A stretch of 61,091 bases of DNA from a virus (lineage: Duplodnaviria; Caudoviricetes), in IMG/VR virus record IMGVR_UViG_3300015360_000046, positions 1 through 61,091 of that record. One strand, written 5' to 3'. Positions 49,180 through 58,608 of this stretch are shown here, in pieces. The notes under the pieces are model-generated. The model did no database searches, was not told the DNA's origin, and saw nothing but the letters and a program-made list of their open reading frames with translations. How positions within the stretch are numbered: the stretch's first letter is position 1; the number at the start of each line of letters is the position of its first letter. Both the position numbers and the translations under genes were made by a program.

Positions 49180-49190
49180 AGGAGATTACA

Positions 49191-49406
49191 ATGCGTAAGG
49201 GTCAATCACATTCGCCAGAAACAAAGGCTAAGATTGCTGCTGCTACAGCTGGCAAGGTCTTTACTCCTGAACATTCTAAAGCCATTAGTGATGCATTAAA
49301 GGGACAAAAGAAGACTATAGCGCATAAAGCGGCTATAAGTGTCGGGATTAGAGCGTCAAAAGTTGCAAAAGTGGTTGAATCACCAGTTTTGCCGGATCAA
49401 GCATAA
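49191..49406 (+). CDS. NUMOD3-type DNA-binding repeat protein
   Basis: Three H/T.E.K.KIS..G-like repeats, no nuclease domain. Confidence 0.6.
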   Translation: MRKGQSHSPETKAKIAAATAGKVFTPEHSKAISDALKGQKKTIAHKAAISVGIRASKVAKVVESPVLPDQA

Positions 49407-49408
49407 CT

Positions 49409-50080
49409 ATGGATTTTGATTGTTGCATGTACATTGAGGTAATAAGACAAGATCCATTTAAAATAATTTCGGATCTTACACCTCGTAAAATTTTATTGAT
49501 GCAAGCGCATGTTAAAACTTGTAACAAATGTAACACAGCACTGGATGGTATAGAAGAGCAGGGAAAAACCAGTCCTCCAAAGCCGTTTGGTTTGGATAAT
49601 AGGAGTGTTAATTAGAGAATATATGAAAAGCGTATTACTGATAATCTTTGGCGTATTTTTAGGATGGCTCACTGTGCCAACTCTTGCTGCTGGTGATGCG
49701 GAGAGCAACACGTATAAAGGCTTACTTAAGAGAGTGATTGAAATTACTACACAAGTTCAGATTAGCTCAGCTCAAACGGCTGAGAATACACGTATTCTAA
49801 AAGAACATTTTGTAGGAGTTAAAAAGTGAGTATGCATAGTCGGGAAACATATATAAGTATGTTAGATCAACTACTTTCTGAAGAGCTGATGTTTTCCTCG
49901 TCTTGTGCAACAGAGAAAAATATTAAAAACGCTATGATTCGTGTGCTAGGATTACTTATTAAAAAAGGTCTTCTTAAACGATACTCAAGTCTTGTGCTTG
50001 CTGAAAATTTAAATGTCCATGTTATGATCCTTGACGCAGATAACACTGAGTTTAATATTGTGCTAGTCTATGGAGAATGA
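49409..50080 (+). CDS. Three small hypothetical ORFs (49409-49615, 49623-49829 membrane protein, 49826-50080)
   Basis: Tightly packed ORFs in the + strand run. Confidence 0.45.
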
Positions 50081-50294
50081 CGTCTTTCTTAAGGCATTAG
50101 GGCCCTGTCGTACATGTGGTCATCACAAAATCGCTCATACATTAAAATACAAGAACAGGAAAACAGAATTGTGTTTGGACGCGCGATTAGATAGTAAAGC
50201 AGTGTATCGTAGATGTCCCTGTAAACAATTTGTACCTAAAGATAACCTGGAGTTTTTAGAGTGGGCAGCTCAAAATAAAGAGGAATTTAAGTGA
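50070..50294 (+). CDS. Cys/His zinc microprotein family member (NL tail)
   Basis: CRTCGHxxxxH...C...CPC..F...DNLEFLEW. Confidence 0.75.
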   Translation: MENDVFLKALGPCRTCGHHKIAHTLKYKNRKTELCLDARLDSKAVYRRCPCKQFVPKDNLEFLEWAAQNKEEFK

Positions 50295-50530
50295 GTTTAA
50301 CTAAAAAAGTTACATGCGAATGTAAACATGATTTTATTAATCACGGTCCTGACTGCGCAAGGTGTTTGTGCAATACTTATGATCCTGCCGGTCACAATCC
50401 AGAATTAGAGAATGTTCTTTGCCCACGCTGCAGATTGGCTCGCTTAGAAAAATTTGAAGATCGCACCTATATTTGTGTTGCATGCCGTTATGTGATGCTC
50501 GAGTCACAAGTATTAGAGATGGTTGGATGA
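50291..50530 (+). CDS. Cys/His zinc microprotein family member fused to a second zinc ribbon
   Basis: CECKHxxxxH...C..CLC..Y, then CPRC...CVAC. Confidence 0.7.
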   Translation: MSLTKKVTCECKHDFINHGPDCARCLCNTYDPAGHNPELENVLCPRCRLARLEKFEDRTYICVACRYVMLESQVLEMVG

Positions 50531-50862
50531 AGATTTATAAGGGCGTTCGAATTATGCCTGGTTATATACCTGTAATATATGTTGATGATAAAGTGTTAGA
50601 TATTGGGCCTTCAAAATTGCTTAGGGATTATGGGGCAGATTGTCCAGAATGGGGTTATTTAGGCTCAGGACCATCCCAAACAGCTTTAGCTATCCTATAT
50701 GATGCAATCGGGAGTAGTGAAGTTGCCATTAAGTATCATCAAGAGTTTAAAAGGCACTTTATCGCAAATTATGATCAAAACAATTTTTTACTGTTAGAGC
50801 TTCAGATTAAGAATTGGCTTGAGGCATATATTCGAAATGAAGGGAGCAATGACTATGAGTGA
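50527..50862 (+). CDS. DUF6166-like protein
   Basis: EWGY.GSGP.Q.ALAIL.D, YHQ.FK..F. Confidence 0.65.
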   Translation: MKIYKGVRIMPGYIPVIYVDDKVLDIGPSKLLRDYGADCPEWGYLGSGPSQTALAILYDAIGSSEVAIKYHQEFKRHFIANYDQNNFLLLELQIKNWLEAYIRNEGSNDYE

Positions 50863-50920
50863 TACAGCCACTGCGAAATATGAAACAAAAGAGGAACGCT
50901 TAAAACATGAGCTGCAACAG

Positions 50921-50962
50921 GAATTGAAAGAATTGAAAGAATTGAAAGAATTGAAAGAATTA
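50921..50962 (+). repeat. 9-bp tandem repeat (GAATTGAAA)x4.6 inside 46-aa ORF 50855-50995
   Basis: Encodes ELKELKELKELKEL. Confidence 0.9.
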
Positions 50963-50987
50963 TTAGCTGATAAAGAAGACTATTGCT

Positions 50988-51563
50988 TTGGGTAAATATA
51001 TTGCATTCGATGTAGAAGCAGGGGGTGTAGATGTTGAACATTCGCTACTATCCGCCTATTTTGTTGTTATAGATGATGATCTTAAGACAGTTTACGGGGA
51101 GTTGGATCTATTAGTAAAACCAGATAATGGCAACTATGTTGCAACTGCTCAGGCTCTTGAAGTAAATAAGATTGATTTAATAGCGCATGATAAAATTGCT
51201 ATTACAGAAAGTAAGGCTGGACAATTATTGTTTAATTTCTTAAAAGAACATGCTCAGAATGGAACAACCAAGCTTATTCCCCTTGGACATAACATCTCGT
51301 TTGATGTAGAATTTATTAAAAAGCATCTCCTTAAGAAAGCGTTTAATCAGTTTGTATCATATAGAATGTTAGATACGGCCAGTGTCGTTCAATTCTTTAA
51401 ATTGGCTGGTCTTGTTTCAAGAGATTTGGCTGGATCATTATCTGAAATCGCGATTCATTTTGGTATATCTACTATAATGAATGTACCACATACAGCTAAA
51501 GGTGACACCTGGATGGCTATAGAGATTCTGCGTAAACTTAAGGCGCAAGCAACAGGTCTTTAA
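50988..51563 (+). CDS. DEDDh 3'-5' exonuclease
   Basis: FDVE.GG, GHN..FD, DT, H.A..D. Confidence 0.88.
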   Translation: MGKYIAFDVEAGGVDVEHSLLSAYFVVIDDDLKTVYGELDLLVKPDNGNYVATAQALEVNKIDLIAHDKIAITESKAGQLLFNFLKEHAQNGTTKLIPLGHNISFDVEFIKKHLLKKAFNQFVSYRMLDTASVVQFFKLAGLVSRDLAGSLSEIAIHFGISTIMNVPHTAKGDTWMAIEILRKLKAQATGL

Positions 51564-51590
51564 ATACTCTAAAAAATAGGGAGTGGGGGG

Positions 51591-51619
51591 CTTACAAGTC
51601 AGATTTTTCATGATATAAT
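51591..51619 (+). promoter_or_regulatory. Sigma70-type promoter
   Basis: G-run, CTTACA-17 bp-TATAAT with TGn. Confidence 0.65.
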
Positions 51620-51637
51620 TATAAGGAAGATTACTCA

Positions 51638-51823
51638 ATGGTTGAACATAATTTTAACGAGTATCAGTCAAAACCAGGCCTAACGTCAGATGGTAAGAAG
51701 TGGTGGCAAAATTGTTACATTTGCGATAAGCAGATTAATTTTTTAAAAGCACATAGCGAGAGTTGGAGACAGATTGGACAGTATGTAAGACATATGAAAT
51801 GTTCCCCAACACCATTGAAGTAA
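51638..51823 (+). CDS. Small zinc-binding protein
   Basis: CYIC...H..C. Confidence 0.5.
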   Translation: MVEHNFNEYQSKPGLTSDGKKWWQNCYICDKQINFLKAHSESWRQIGQYVRHMKCSPTPLK

Positions 51824-51835
51824 ACGGAGGAAACT

Positions 51836-52435
51836 ATGGAGTTTTACCGTAAAATTGCTATCATTGGATTAAGTATATTTGGATTTTGTCTGCCACTTAG
51901 TTGTGGGATGTTTTTTAATCGTGTTGGAGTTGATGGTCTCACAGAAGAGCAAGTTAGGTCTGAATTGATATATTATAAAGAAGCAACTGAACTTAATGAT
52001 CTTCTGTTTAATGCTGGAACACTAGTTCATATGAGTGTAATTGTTACAATGTTAAAAGAAATAGATAAGAATATTACTCTTTTTTATCCCACTGGGCCAT
52101 TTACTAGAACTGATTTTATTACATTAGGGTGGCTTGAATCATCCTATAAACAGTATGAACGCGGTGCACATGGAGAGCGTGGCATCTTTCAGATCATGCC
52201 AAACCATTTTAACGATTACGGCATTACTAAGAATTACTTTGATGTTGCTATAAATACTAAGATGGCATTTCGCGTGTTAAATTGGAAATACAGAAAGCAT
52301 CAGGATTATCAATTAGCAATTATGGCGTATAACGGATTGGTTAAAAGTAAGAGTGGAAACTGGTCTACAAAGTATTGGACAGCATTTGAAAAACGTCGTA
52401 TTGTGATTGATTTAGCGCTTAATAAGCCTAAATAG
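51836..52435 (+). CDS. Membrane-anchored lytic transglycosylase (SLT domain)
   Basis: N-terminal TM; ESS, G.FQIMP, AYNG, Y. Confidence 0.8.
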   Translation: MEFYRKIAIIGLSIFGFCLPLSCGMFFNRVGVDGLTEEQVRSELIYYKEATELNDLLFNAGTLVHMSVIVTMLKEIDKNITLFYPTGPFTRTDFITLGWLESSYKQYERGAHGERGIFQIMPNHFNDYGITKNYFDVAINTKMAFRVLNWKYRKHQDYQLAIMAYNGLVKSKSGNWSTKYWTAFEKRRIVIDLALNKPK

Positions 52436-52588
52436 AGGTAATAAATGTTCACCTTTTGGCTTTCAATCATATTCTTTTTTGATTGAGCTTACAGAGATAT
52501 ATCTTGAGACATACGAACGCTTGGTTTCATCTCGTCTTAAGCTTTGGGCGACAATTTTTTATGGAGCATTGAATCAGGAGAAGAATTA

Positions 52589-53074
52589 ATGAGATTGACT
52601 ATAATTCCGAAAATATTCGTCGGATTTGCTGCTGTTAGTCGGTCTGGTCCCTTTGGACCCTTTAGAAACTATAGACGACGCAAAAATAAGAAATTCGCTA
52701 TCTCTAATATTCGCGTAGAGATAATTGACGCAGTTACTGGTCAAAAGACTAGCGGGAAAGCTTTTGAAGAGTCTGCTGCTAAATTTAAGAAATGGTTAAA
52801 GCTACGTAATGTTCGTGCTGAATTTACAGATGTACGTTTGAACAAGACCTCGGCATGGTTCAAGTTAAATGATGCAGAGTTTATCGATTATCCTATCATT
52901 GTAAAGATGGGTGGGTATAAAGCACCATATCTTATTAAACGCGTGCAAGATCGGAAGACTTTTAAAGGTAAAACTACATTTAGTATTCAATTAGAAACAA
53001 CTGAGAACATTGATTACTTAGCTATATTAAGTCAGAAGAAAGAACTGCTGTTAAATAAAAAAGGAAGAAAGTAA
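52589..53074 (+). CDS. Basic hypothetical protein
   Basis: SD AGGAG. Confidence 0.5.
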   Translation: MRLTIIPKIFVGFAAVSRSGPFGPFRNYRRRKNKKFAISNIRVEIIDAVTGQKTSGKAFEESAAKFKKWLKLRNVRAEFTDVRLNKTSAWFKLNDAEFIDYPIIVKMGGYKAPYLIKRVQDRKTFKGKTTFSIQLETTENIDYLAILSQKKELLLNKKGRK

Positions 53075-54204
53075 TGCACCCAGAACAATTTATCAATCAT
53101 CATAATCTTTGGGACCTAGAGAAACTGAAGCAAGTTGCTCAACATAACTCTGTTTATGTTATTCAATCTCCTAAATTTCCTGACGTCGTAATGCTCCATT
53201 ATATGGATGCTGTTCAGTATGATAACTTGTGGACAGTGTTTAACCGAATGTGTCGTGGATTGATTCTAGACCTTAAGAATCGATGTGTCTTGGCCCATCC
53301 ATTCGATAAATTTTTCAACCTTGGTCAAATGCCTGAGACTAATTATGATACCTTAGTTGCACTTGGCGAATTTTCCACTAGTGAGAAGCTAGATGGTTCA
53401 CTTGTGATTGCTTTTACAGATCCGAATACAAACAAGATCACTTTCACTACAAAAGGCTCCTTGGATTCACCACATGGACAATACGTAAATCAATTGGTGC
53501 TTTCAAAACAGTTCTATATAAACGCTGAGCGATACATGGCAACTGGAACACTGGTATTTGAATTGGTAGCGAACCGTTTTCAAATCGTAGTAGATTATTC
53601 GAAAAAGGGATACAAAGAAGGATTGTATTTGATCGGATATCGTGATCATCTCTCTAATAAGCTTGTATCGTTTGACGAAGTAGATAAGATTGCTGGGATG
53701 TTAGGGGTTTCTACATTTAAACAATACAGTTTTAATTCCTTAAACGCGCTAATAGATACCGCGAAAGATCTCCCAGTGTTTGAAGAAGGCTTTGTACTCC
53801 GTTTTAAAGATGATCTTATGGTGAAGGTCAAAGGAAGTGCATACCTTGTAGCTCATCGCTTTATAAGCCATCTCAGTGATAGGAATATTTTAGCAGCAGT
53901 TGCTGATGGTACAGCTAATGAATTGAGTGCTTTAGCACCTGACGAGTATAAACAGGATGTAATAGATAAGATTAATTATTTTAATAAACATGTGGTTGAA
54001 TTAGAAGTAACATGTTATAATCTATTTAGTAGCGCGCCAAAGGACGGATTACGGAAAGACTTTGCAGCATGGGTATTCGCAAATGTTCCAACTCACTTTA
54101 AAGGGTGTATGTTTCAGCTTTATGAACAAAAACCTTTAAATCGTAAAGCAATGTTTAAGATATTAGAACAAGTAGATAAGATTGGCGGGAGAACACGAAT
54201 CTAA
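53074..54204 (+). CDS. T4 Rnl1-like RNA ligase
   Basis: CRGLI, PF.KFFN, EKLDGSL, FEL, EGFV, VKVK...Y...H. Confidence 0.9.
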   Translation: MHPEQFINHHNLWDLEKLKQVAQHNSVYVIQSPKFPDVVMLHYMDAVQYDNLWTVFNRMCRGLILDLKNRCVLAHPFDKFFNLGQMPETNYDTLVALGEFSTSEKLDGSLVIAFTDPNTNKITFTTKGSLDSPHGQYVNQLVLSKQFYINAERYMATGTLVFELVANRFQIVVDYSKKGYKEGLYLIGYRDHLSNKLVSFDEVDKIAGMLGVSTFKQYSFNSLNALIDTAKDLPVFEEGFVLRFKDDLMVKVKGSAYLVAHRFISHLSDRNILAAVADGTANELSALAPDEYKQDVIDKINYFNKHVVELEVTCYNLFSSAPKDGLRKDFAAWVFANVPTHFKGCMFQLYEQKPLNRKAMFKILEQVDKIGGRTRI

Positions 54205-54575
54205 TGACAACACGTAAAGCTTTATTGCTTGGTATATTGTTTGGTCAAATTCTAATGCTTCCATATATCTATTACTTATATACTACTCCACGCATTGAAG
54301 CTTTAGTTATTCCTGCTGAGGAATTTGATCGCACAGAAATTCGTCATTTACAGATCCAACATCTTCCTAATACATATGGGGTTGGTGGATCTACTCTCAA
54401 TATATATCTAGCATCGGAACGTGAAGTTAATCGACAGTATAATGCTCAGTTTGATGATGAGACACAGGTTGAAGGATTTTATAACATTAAAACACACACA
54501 ATTTGGTGTGTCTACGATCCACTAGTGTTGCATCATGAAATACGCCACGTTACTGAGGGCAGCTATCATCGGTAA
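54204..54575 (+). CDS. Membrane-anchored HExxH protein
   Basis: N-terminal TM; HEIRH. Confidence 0.55.
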   Translation: MTTRKALLLGILFGQILMLPYIYYLYTTPRIEALVIPAEEFDRTEIRHLQIQHLPNTYGVGGSTLNIYLASEREVNRQYNAQFDDETQVEGFYNIKTHTIWCVYDPLVLHHEIRHVTEGSYHR

Positions 54576-54591
54576 ATGAAAAGGAAACCAA

Positions 54592-55480
54592 ATGATTAAC
54601 ATACCTGCTAAGTGGAACTACATAGGATGTTTTGTATCAATCGGTGCGGCAGTTATTTGCGCGTTTGCACACGATCTAACATTTTTAATAATCAATTTCA
54701 TTTTTGCTGTATGGAATTGGTATATTGCTGAATGGAAACGAGGAATAGAAAATGAGCAACCAAAAGACAGAGACGGAGATAAAACAAAAGACGAAGACTA
54801 GACTTCTAGTTCTTTGTTTGCAAGCTGAAGATGGAACAATAGAACGAATCCTAACTGGTGCAGATTATGATCAGTTATGGTTGCAGGGCAGCACTGAGAG
54901 TAAAGCCATTGGGGGCTATTGGAGTACATACGATAACCATGGTCGCTTTATTGACGGGAATTTTAAAAGTAAAGCCTCTAAATAATGAACGGAGATAACA
55001 TGTATCAATTAGAACAATATAAAGAGAAGATCGTGCGCTTTATGTCGTGCTAATAACTTAGAGGCATTGCATCGTGTTGCTGTCATTGGAATAAGTAACA
55101 TTGTTATCAGCGAGTTTATGTTTGATATAGATGAGAAGTTTGTTGAAAACGTTCTGACTCACATATATGTAGCTAACTAAAGGAGAATCACAATGCCATT
55201 CGAGAACAAACCGTTTGAACAAGTAAAACCATGGGTAAAAGATCTCATTACAGATAAACAGAAAGCTGCACCTACAGATGCACTTGTGCCACAAGTAGAT
55301 GTTCCAGTAGTTCCACCTACGTTAGATGCTGTTTTACCTTCAGTTGTTGACGCAGCTCAACCTGTTGCCATATCGGTTGATCAAACTCCAGTAGCTACAG
55401 CTGTTCCGGCTGCTTCTGGAACGCAATCACCAACTTCTGTCTCATCTGCTACAGCAACTCCTCCCACAGTTATTAAGTAA
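54592..55480 (+). CDS. Small hypothetical ORFs (54592-54801 two-TM, 54752-54985, 55193-55480 Pro/Thr/Ala-rich)
   Basis: ORFs with SD motifs. Confidence 0.45.
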
Positions 55481-55507
55481 TTAGAGGGAGTAGTTAAGGA
55501 GTAATAT

Positions 55508-55636
55508 ATGTCGTGTCGAGTGTACATCTCTGGGAAGATGTCGAACCACTATGTTGAAGATGTAAAGTCAGAACGTAAGCGTGCAACACAAGAGCTCGCT
55601 AAATACATGGTGCGACTATATGTCATTAGATCCTGA
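55508..55636 (+). pseudogene. Truncated NDT/DUF4406-like gene remnant
   Basis: SD AAGGAG; MSCRVYISGKMS... resembles the N-terminus of the 38366 protein and stops after 42 aa. Confidence 0.5.
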
Positions 55637-56081
55637 TTATGTTCGTGTTGACCTATTAAAGGTTAAGCGTAAATTATTTATTAGCTATCCTGAGGGTTCG
55701 AAAGAACGTCAGGTGTTTATCACTGCAGCTAAGGTATCAGAATTAGCATACCTTCAACAATTACTACCATTAGAAACTACTGAGTTTATATTTGAAGAGT
55801 ATGCAACCCATAAACATAATCAGCTGAAGGGTATTGTGATATGTTTAGGGATTGGTACGTTTTTATCTGGGACATTGTTTGCCTTGCATCACATGTATCC
55901 AACTAGCCTCTGGTTTAATACATTCTATGTTCCATTGATATTTGGATTAATCTTATCTGTAGTACATGCCTATTATTTAGTAGAAGCATATCGGCGTTTT
56001 GTCCCATTTAAAAAAGAATACGATCTTATTCAAGAAAAAAGGAAGAAAATAGTTGATGAATTAAAAGGATTATATCCATGA
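55620..56081 (+). CDS. Two-TM membrane protein
   Basis: Two hydrophobic helices. Confidence 0.55.
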   Translation: MSLDPDYVRVDLLKVKRKLFISYPEGSKERQVFITAAKVSELAYLQQLLPLETTEFIFEEYATHKHNQLKGIVICLGIGTFLSGTLFALHHMYPTSLWFNTFYVPLIFGLILSVVHAYYLVEAYRRFVPFKKEYDLIQEKRKKIVDELKGLYP

Positions 56082-57277
56082 GTATTAAAGATTTTCATGA
56101 CAACGTAATTAATCTTCAATCTGTAGATCTTACGGAATACATTGATGAGATTCCAGAATTTAAGACAATGAATGAGTGCAAACAATCCGCCCCTCATCAT
56201 GAAGAAGGCTCAGTGTTAGTACATGTAAACATGGCTGCGGCAGTTGTGCTTCAGCTATTAAATGCGGAAAAGATAGCTCCCGCTGATCAGGTTCTCATTT
56301 ATATTGCTACAATCTTGCATGATATTGGTAAACCTTGTACCTCACGTATTTCAGCCAAACACGGGCGAATCACAGCCTACGGACATGATGAAGCTGGTAT
56401 TAAACTATCAAGTGAGTTCTTACGCAAGTATTTCCCAGAGTTTAATTATGTTCAACGCGAGAAGGTTGGGCGCTTAATTGAATATCATATGCAGCCACGA
56501 TGGATGAAAGATAAAACGGCATCAGTGGCAAAGTTAAAGATGCTATCGCTCGCTGTAAATAGTCGCCACCTCTATCTACTATCACAGGCTGATACTCTTG
56601 GCCGGATTGCCAAGGATTTTATGGGTGGGATGTTTGCGCTTGAGCTTTTTAAACAGAATTGTGAGGATATTGGAATATGGGATAGACCTTACAGAGTGCC
56701 GTTAGCTACTGATCTAAGTGATGCAGCTTATTCTCTTGCGCGCTGGAATATCTTAATCAATGGAGAGCAAGAAAATTACGACACCTATATAAAAGCCCAA
56801 CACGTTATTGTTAATCCGATGAAACCTAATTTTCAATTGATGCTTTTAATTGGAGCCCCTGCATCCGGGAAATCTACAGTTTGCGAAAAGCTGGTCTCTC
56901 AATATCCTGGTTTAACAGTTATTAGTATGGATGCACGACGCAAAGAATTAACTGGGGACTATAATGATCAAAGTAAGAACACGGAGGTATTTGGGTGGCA
57001 AACCAAAGAACTTCGCAAAGCCATGCAAGCACGAAAGAATGTTATAGTAGATGCAACCAATACAAGTAGAAAGCTTCGGAAGATGCTATGGAGCATAGCG
57101 AGAGAACACGGAGCACTGTGTTCTGCTATCTATTTTGATATTCCTCTTGCTACGTTGCATGAACGGAATGCGTTAAGGGCGAAGCGGGTGCCAGATAGCG
57201 TTGTAGAGCAGTTCTATAAGACAATGCAGACAGTAGCACCTTGGGAAGCGGATTTACTCACTATTATCGATAAATAA
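56078..57277 (+). CDS. HD phosphohydrolase fused to polynucleotide kinase (AAA_33-like)
   Basis: Q...H.EG.V..H, LHDIGKP, GH...G, HM, AD..GR; GAPASGKST, DATN, RN..R. Confidence 0.88.
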   Translation: MSIKDFHDNVINLQSVDLTEYIDEIPEFKTMNECKQSAPHHEEGSVLVHVNMAAAVVLQLLNAEKIAPADQVLIYIATILHDIGKPCTSRISAKHGRITAYGHDEAGIKLSSEFLRKYFPEFNYVQREKVGRLIEYHMQPRWMKDKTASVAKLKMLSLAVNSRHLYLLSQADTLGRIAKDFMGGMFALELFKQNCEDIGIWDRPYRVPLATDLSDAAYSLARWNILINGEQENYDTYIKAQHVIVNPMKPNFQLMLLIGAPASGKSTVCEKLVSQYPGLTVISMDARRKELTGDYNDQSKNTEVFGWQTKELRKAMQARKNVIVDATNTSRKLRKMLWSIAREHGALCSAIYFDIPLATLHERNALRAKRVPDSVVEQFYKTMQTVAPWEADLLTIIDK

Positions 57278-57278
57278 C

Positions 57279-57458
57279 ATGCGATTTATGTTGATTTTAG
57301 TAGTACTTTTTATAAGTATCTTAACAGGTTGTGCCTCATTCAGTATTGAACCAGATGATGGTCGTAATCTAACTCCCCCGACGTTTCGTTTTAAACCTTA
57401 CATTCCAATCCCATTAAATCCTGTTGAAAAATCGAGCAGTTCTTACATGTTTAAGTAG
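57279..57458 (+). CDS. Small lipoprotein (59 aa, not in ORF track)
   Basis: MRFMLILVVLFISILTGC lipobox. Confidence 0.6.
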   Translation: MRFMLILVVLFISILTGCASFSIEPDDGRNLTPPTFRFKPYIPIPLNPVEKSSSSYMFK

Positions 57459-57517
57459 TCTAAAAAAAGGGCCCTTAGACCTATGTACATTCTTATCTAC
57501 TCCTGGTATAATATAGT
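57444..57517 (+). promoter_or_regulatory. Dyad-promoter cassette copy 6 (with extended upstream identity to copy 7)
   Basis: TACATGTTTAAGTAGTCTAAAA..GGGCC-CTTA-GACCT-A-TGTACA-17 bp-TATAAT-ATAGT-ATG. Confidence 0.85.
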
Positions 57518-57520
57518 ATG

Positions 57521-57593
57521 ACCAAAGTGCCACAAGCAAAGGGATTCGACCTTTAGTGGTATAGTCCTAGTTGTCTCTGTGCACTGATTTGGT
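57521..57593 (+). ncRNA. Candidate structured RNA/leader hairpin
   Basis: Nested pairing ACCAAA/TTTGGT, GTGC/GCAC, ACA/TGT, CAA/TTG, AGG(G)A/TCCT, ACC/GGT right after the predicted start site. Confidence 0.4.
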
Positions 57594-57625
57594 AATGGCG
57601 CTTTAAGATATAGAGGAGGGCTAAC

Positions 57626-57832
57626 ATGAATAAGCCGCACAAGTTTATCGGATTAGAAGATGAGATTATGCTACGTCGTGCTATACGAGCTGTCTATGAA
57701 AACGAGGGAATGATTGGGATCTATCAATGTATGGGTGAACTTGCAAAATCTTTAGAAATTGTAGGGCAAATGGTGCAAGAGATTCTCGACGACCAAGTTA
57801 AAAAGAAACAAGGGCCCATGGATCACTCATGA
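57626..57832 (+). CDS. Hypothetical protein
   Basis: SD GAGGAGG. Confidence 0.55.
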   Translation: MNKPHKFIGLEDEIMLRRAIRAVYENEGMIGIYQCMGELAKSLEIVGQMVQEILDDQVKKKQGPMDHS

Positions 57833-58068
57833 ATGGGCATTGCGTCTGTGGTTTAGCACAAGAGGATCATCTTGTTAAGCTTTCAGCTTGGATGCATGAA
57901 AATCGTTCACATATTGCAACAAAAGATATTAACTCTTATGTATCCACGGTAATGCATGCCAGAGCAGATAAGATCTACAAACAGATAGCAAAATATGGTC
58001 GTATATGTATGGATTATAAACGCGACAATCTAAGATATGTAGAGGATAAATCGCTTGGATTGCAATAG
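57829..58068 (+). CDS. Divergent Cys/His zinc microprotein family member (NL tail)
   Basis: CVCG.....H...C..Y..DNLRYVE. Confidence 0.7.
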   Translation: MNGHCVCGLAQEDHLVKLSAWMHENRSHIATKDINSYVSTVMHARADKIYKQIAKYGRICMDYKRDNLRYVEDKSLGLQ

Positions 58069-58190
58069 GCATGTACCACAGCAACACGGGTTTGAACTTA
58101 TACATTTCTATTTAATTGTAACCAGATGCTACCATTGTAGGATTGAGCTGCAGATTCAGGTGCAGATTAAGCCAATTAAGGATGAAGTAC

Positions 58191-58451
58191 ATGATCAAAA
58201 AAAAGTGTAAGTCTAACATCACTAAACCAACTAAATTTACATGCATATGTGGGCATCGAGATGAGCTTCATTCATATTGGGATAATTATAAGGTTTGGAC
58301 TACACCTACAGGTCATTGTGAGGTATGGATTCACATTGATGAAGAGCTTTTGGGAATAAGATGTAAATGTCAACATTATAAGCAGGATAATTTAAAATAT
58401 ATAGAGGATTGCTGCGTAAATAACGATAAAACGATTCGAAAGACTCTGTAA
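58191..58451 (+). CDS. Cys/His zinc microprotein family member (NL tail)
   Basis: CICGHxxxxH...C...CKC..Y..DNLKYIE. Confidence 0.75.
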   Translation: MIKKKCKSNITKPTKFTCICGHRDELHSYWDNYKVWTTPTGHCEVWIHIDEELLGIRCKCQHYKQDNLKYIEDCCVNNDKTIRKTL

Positions 58452-58517
58452 GGTTTGCTCACATCCCAAGCGTGTGTAGGAATGCGATAGTGTTACAGAA
58501 TTCCCCCTCATCCAGCT

Positions 58518-58565
<48 letters not shown>

Positions 58566-58608
58566 CTAATAGCTACGGGCACGAAAATGATTAGAGAGGG
58601 AGTATAAC

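Noticed and set aside
50853-51041. Minus-strand ORF with ILS repeats
   Set aside because: Antisense of the 9-bp repeat; the + strand ELK-repeat ORF has an SD and fits the gene packing
57521-57593. Third tRNA suggested by TTCGA and TAGTGGTA
   Set aside because: Elements are in the wrong order and no cloverleaf forms; kept only as a hairpin candidate
58477-58479. Stop-codon reassignment (TAG read-through) suggested by TAG at a conserved His position
   Set aside because: TAG ends complete genes (NAMPT-like, PolA, HNH) and long genes are uninterrupted, so the standard code fits
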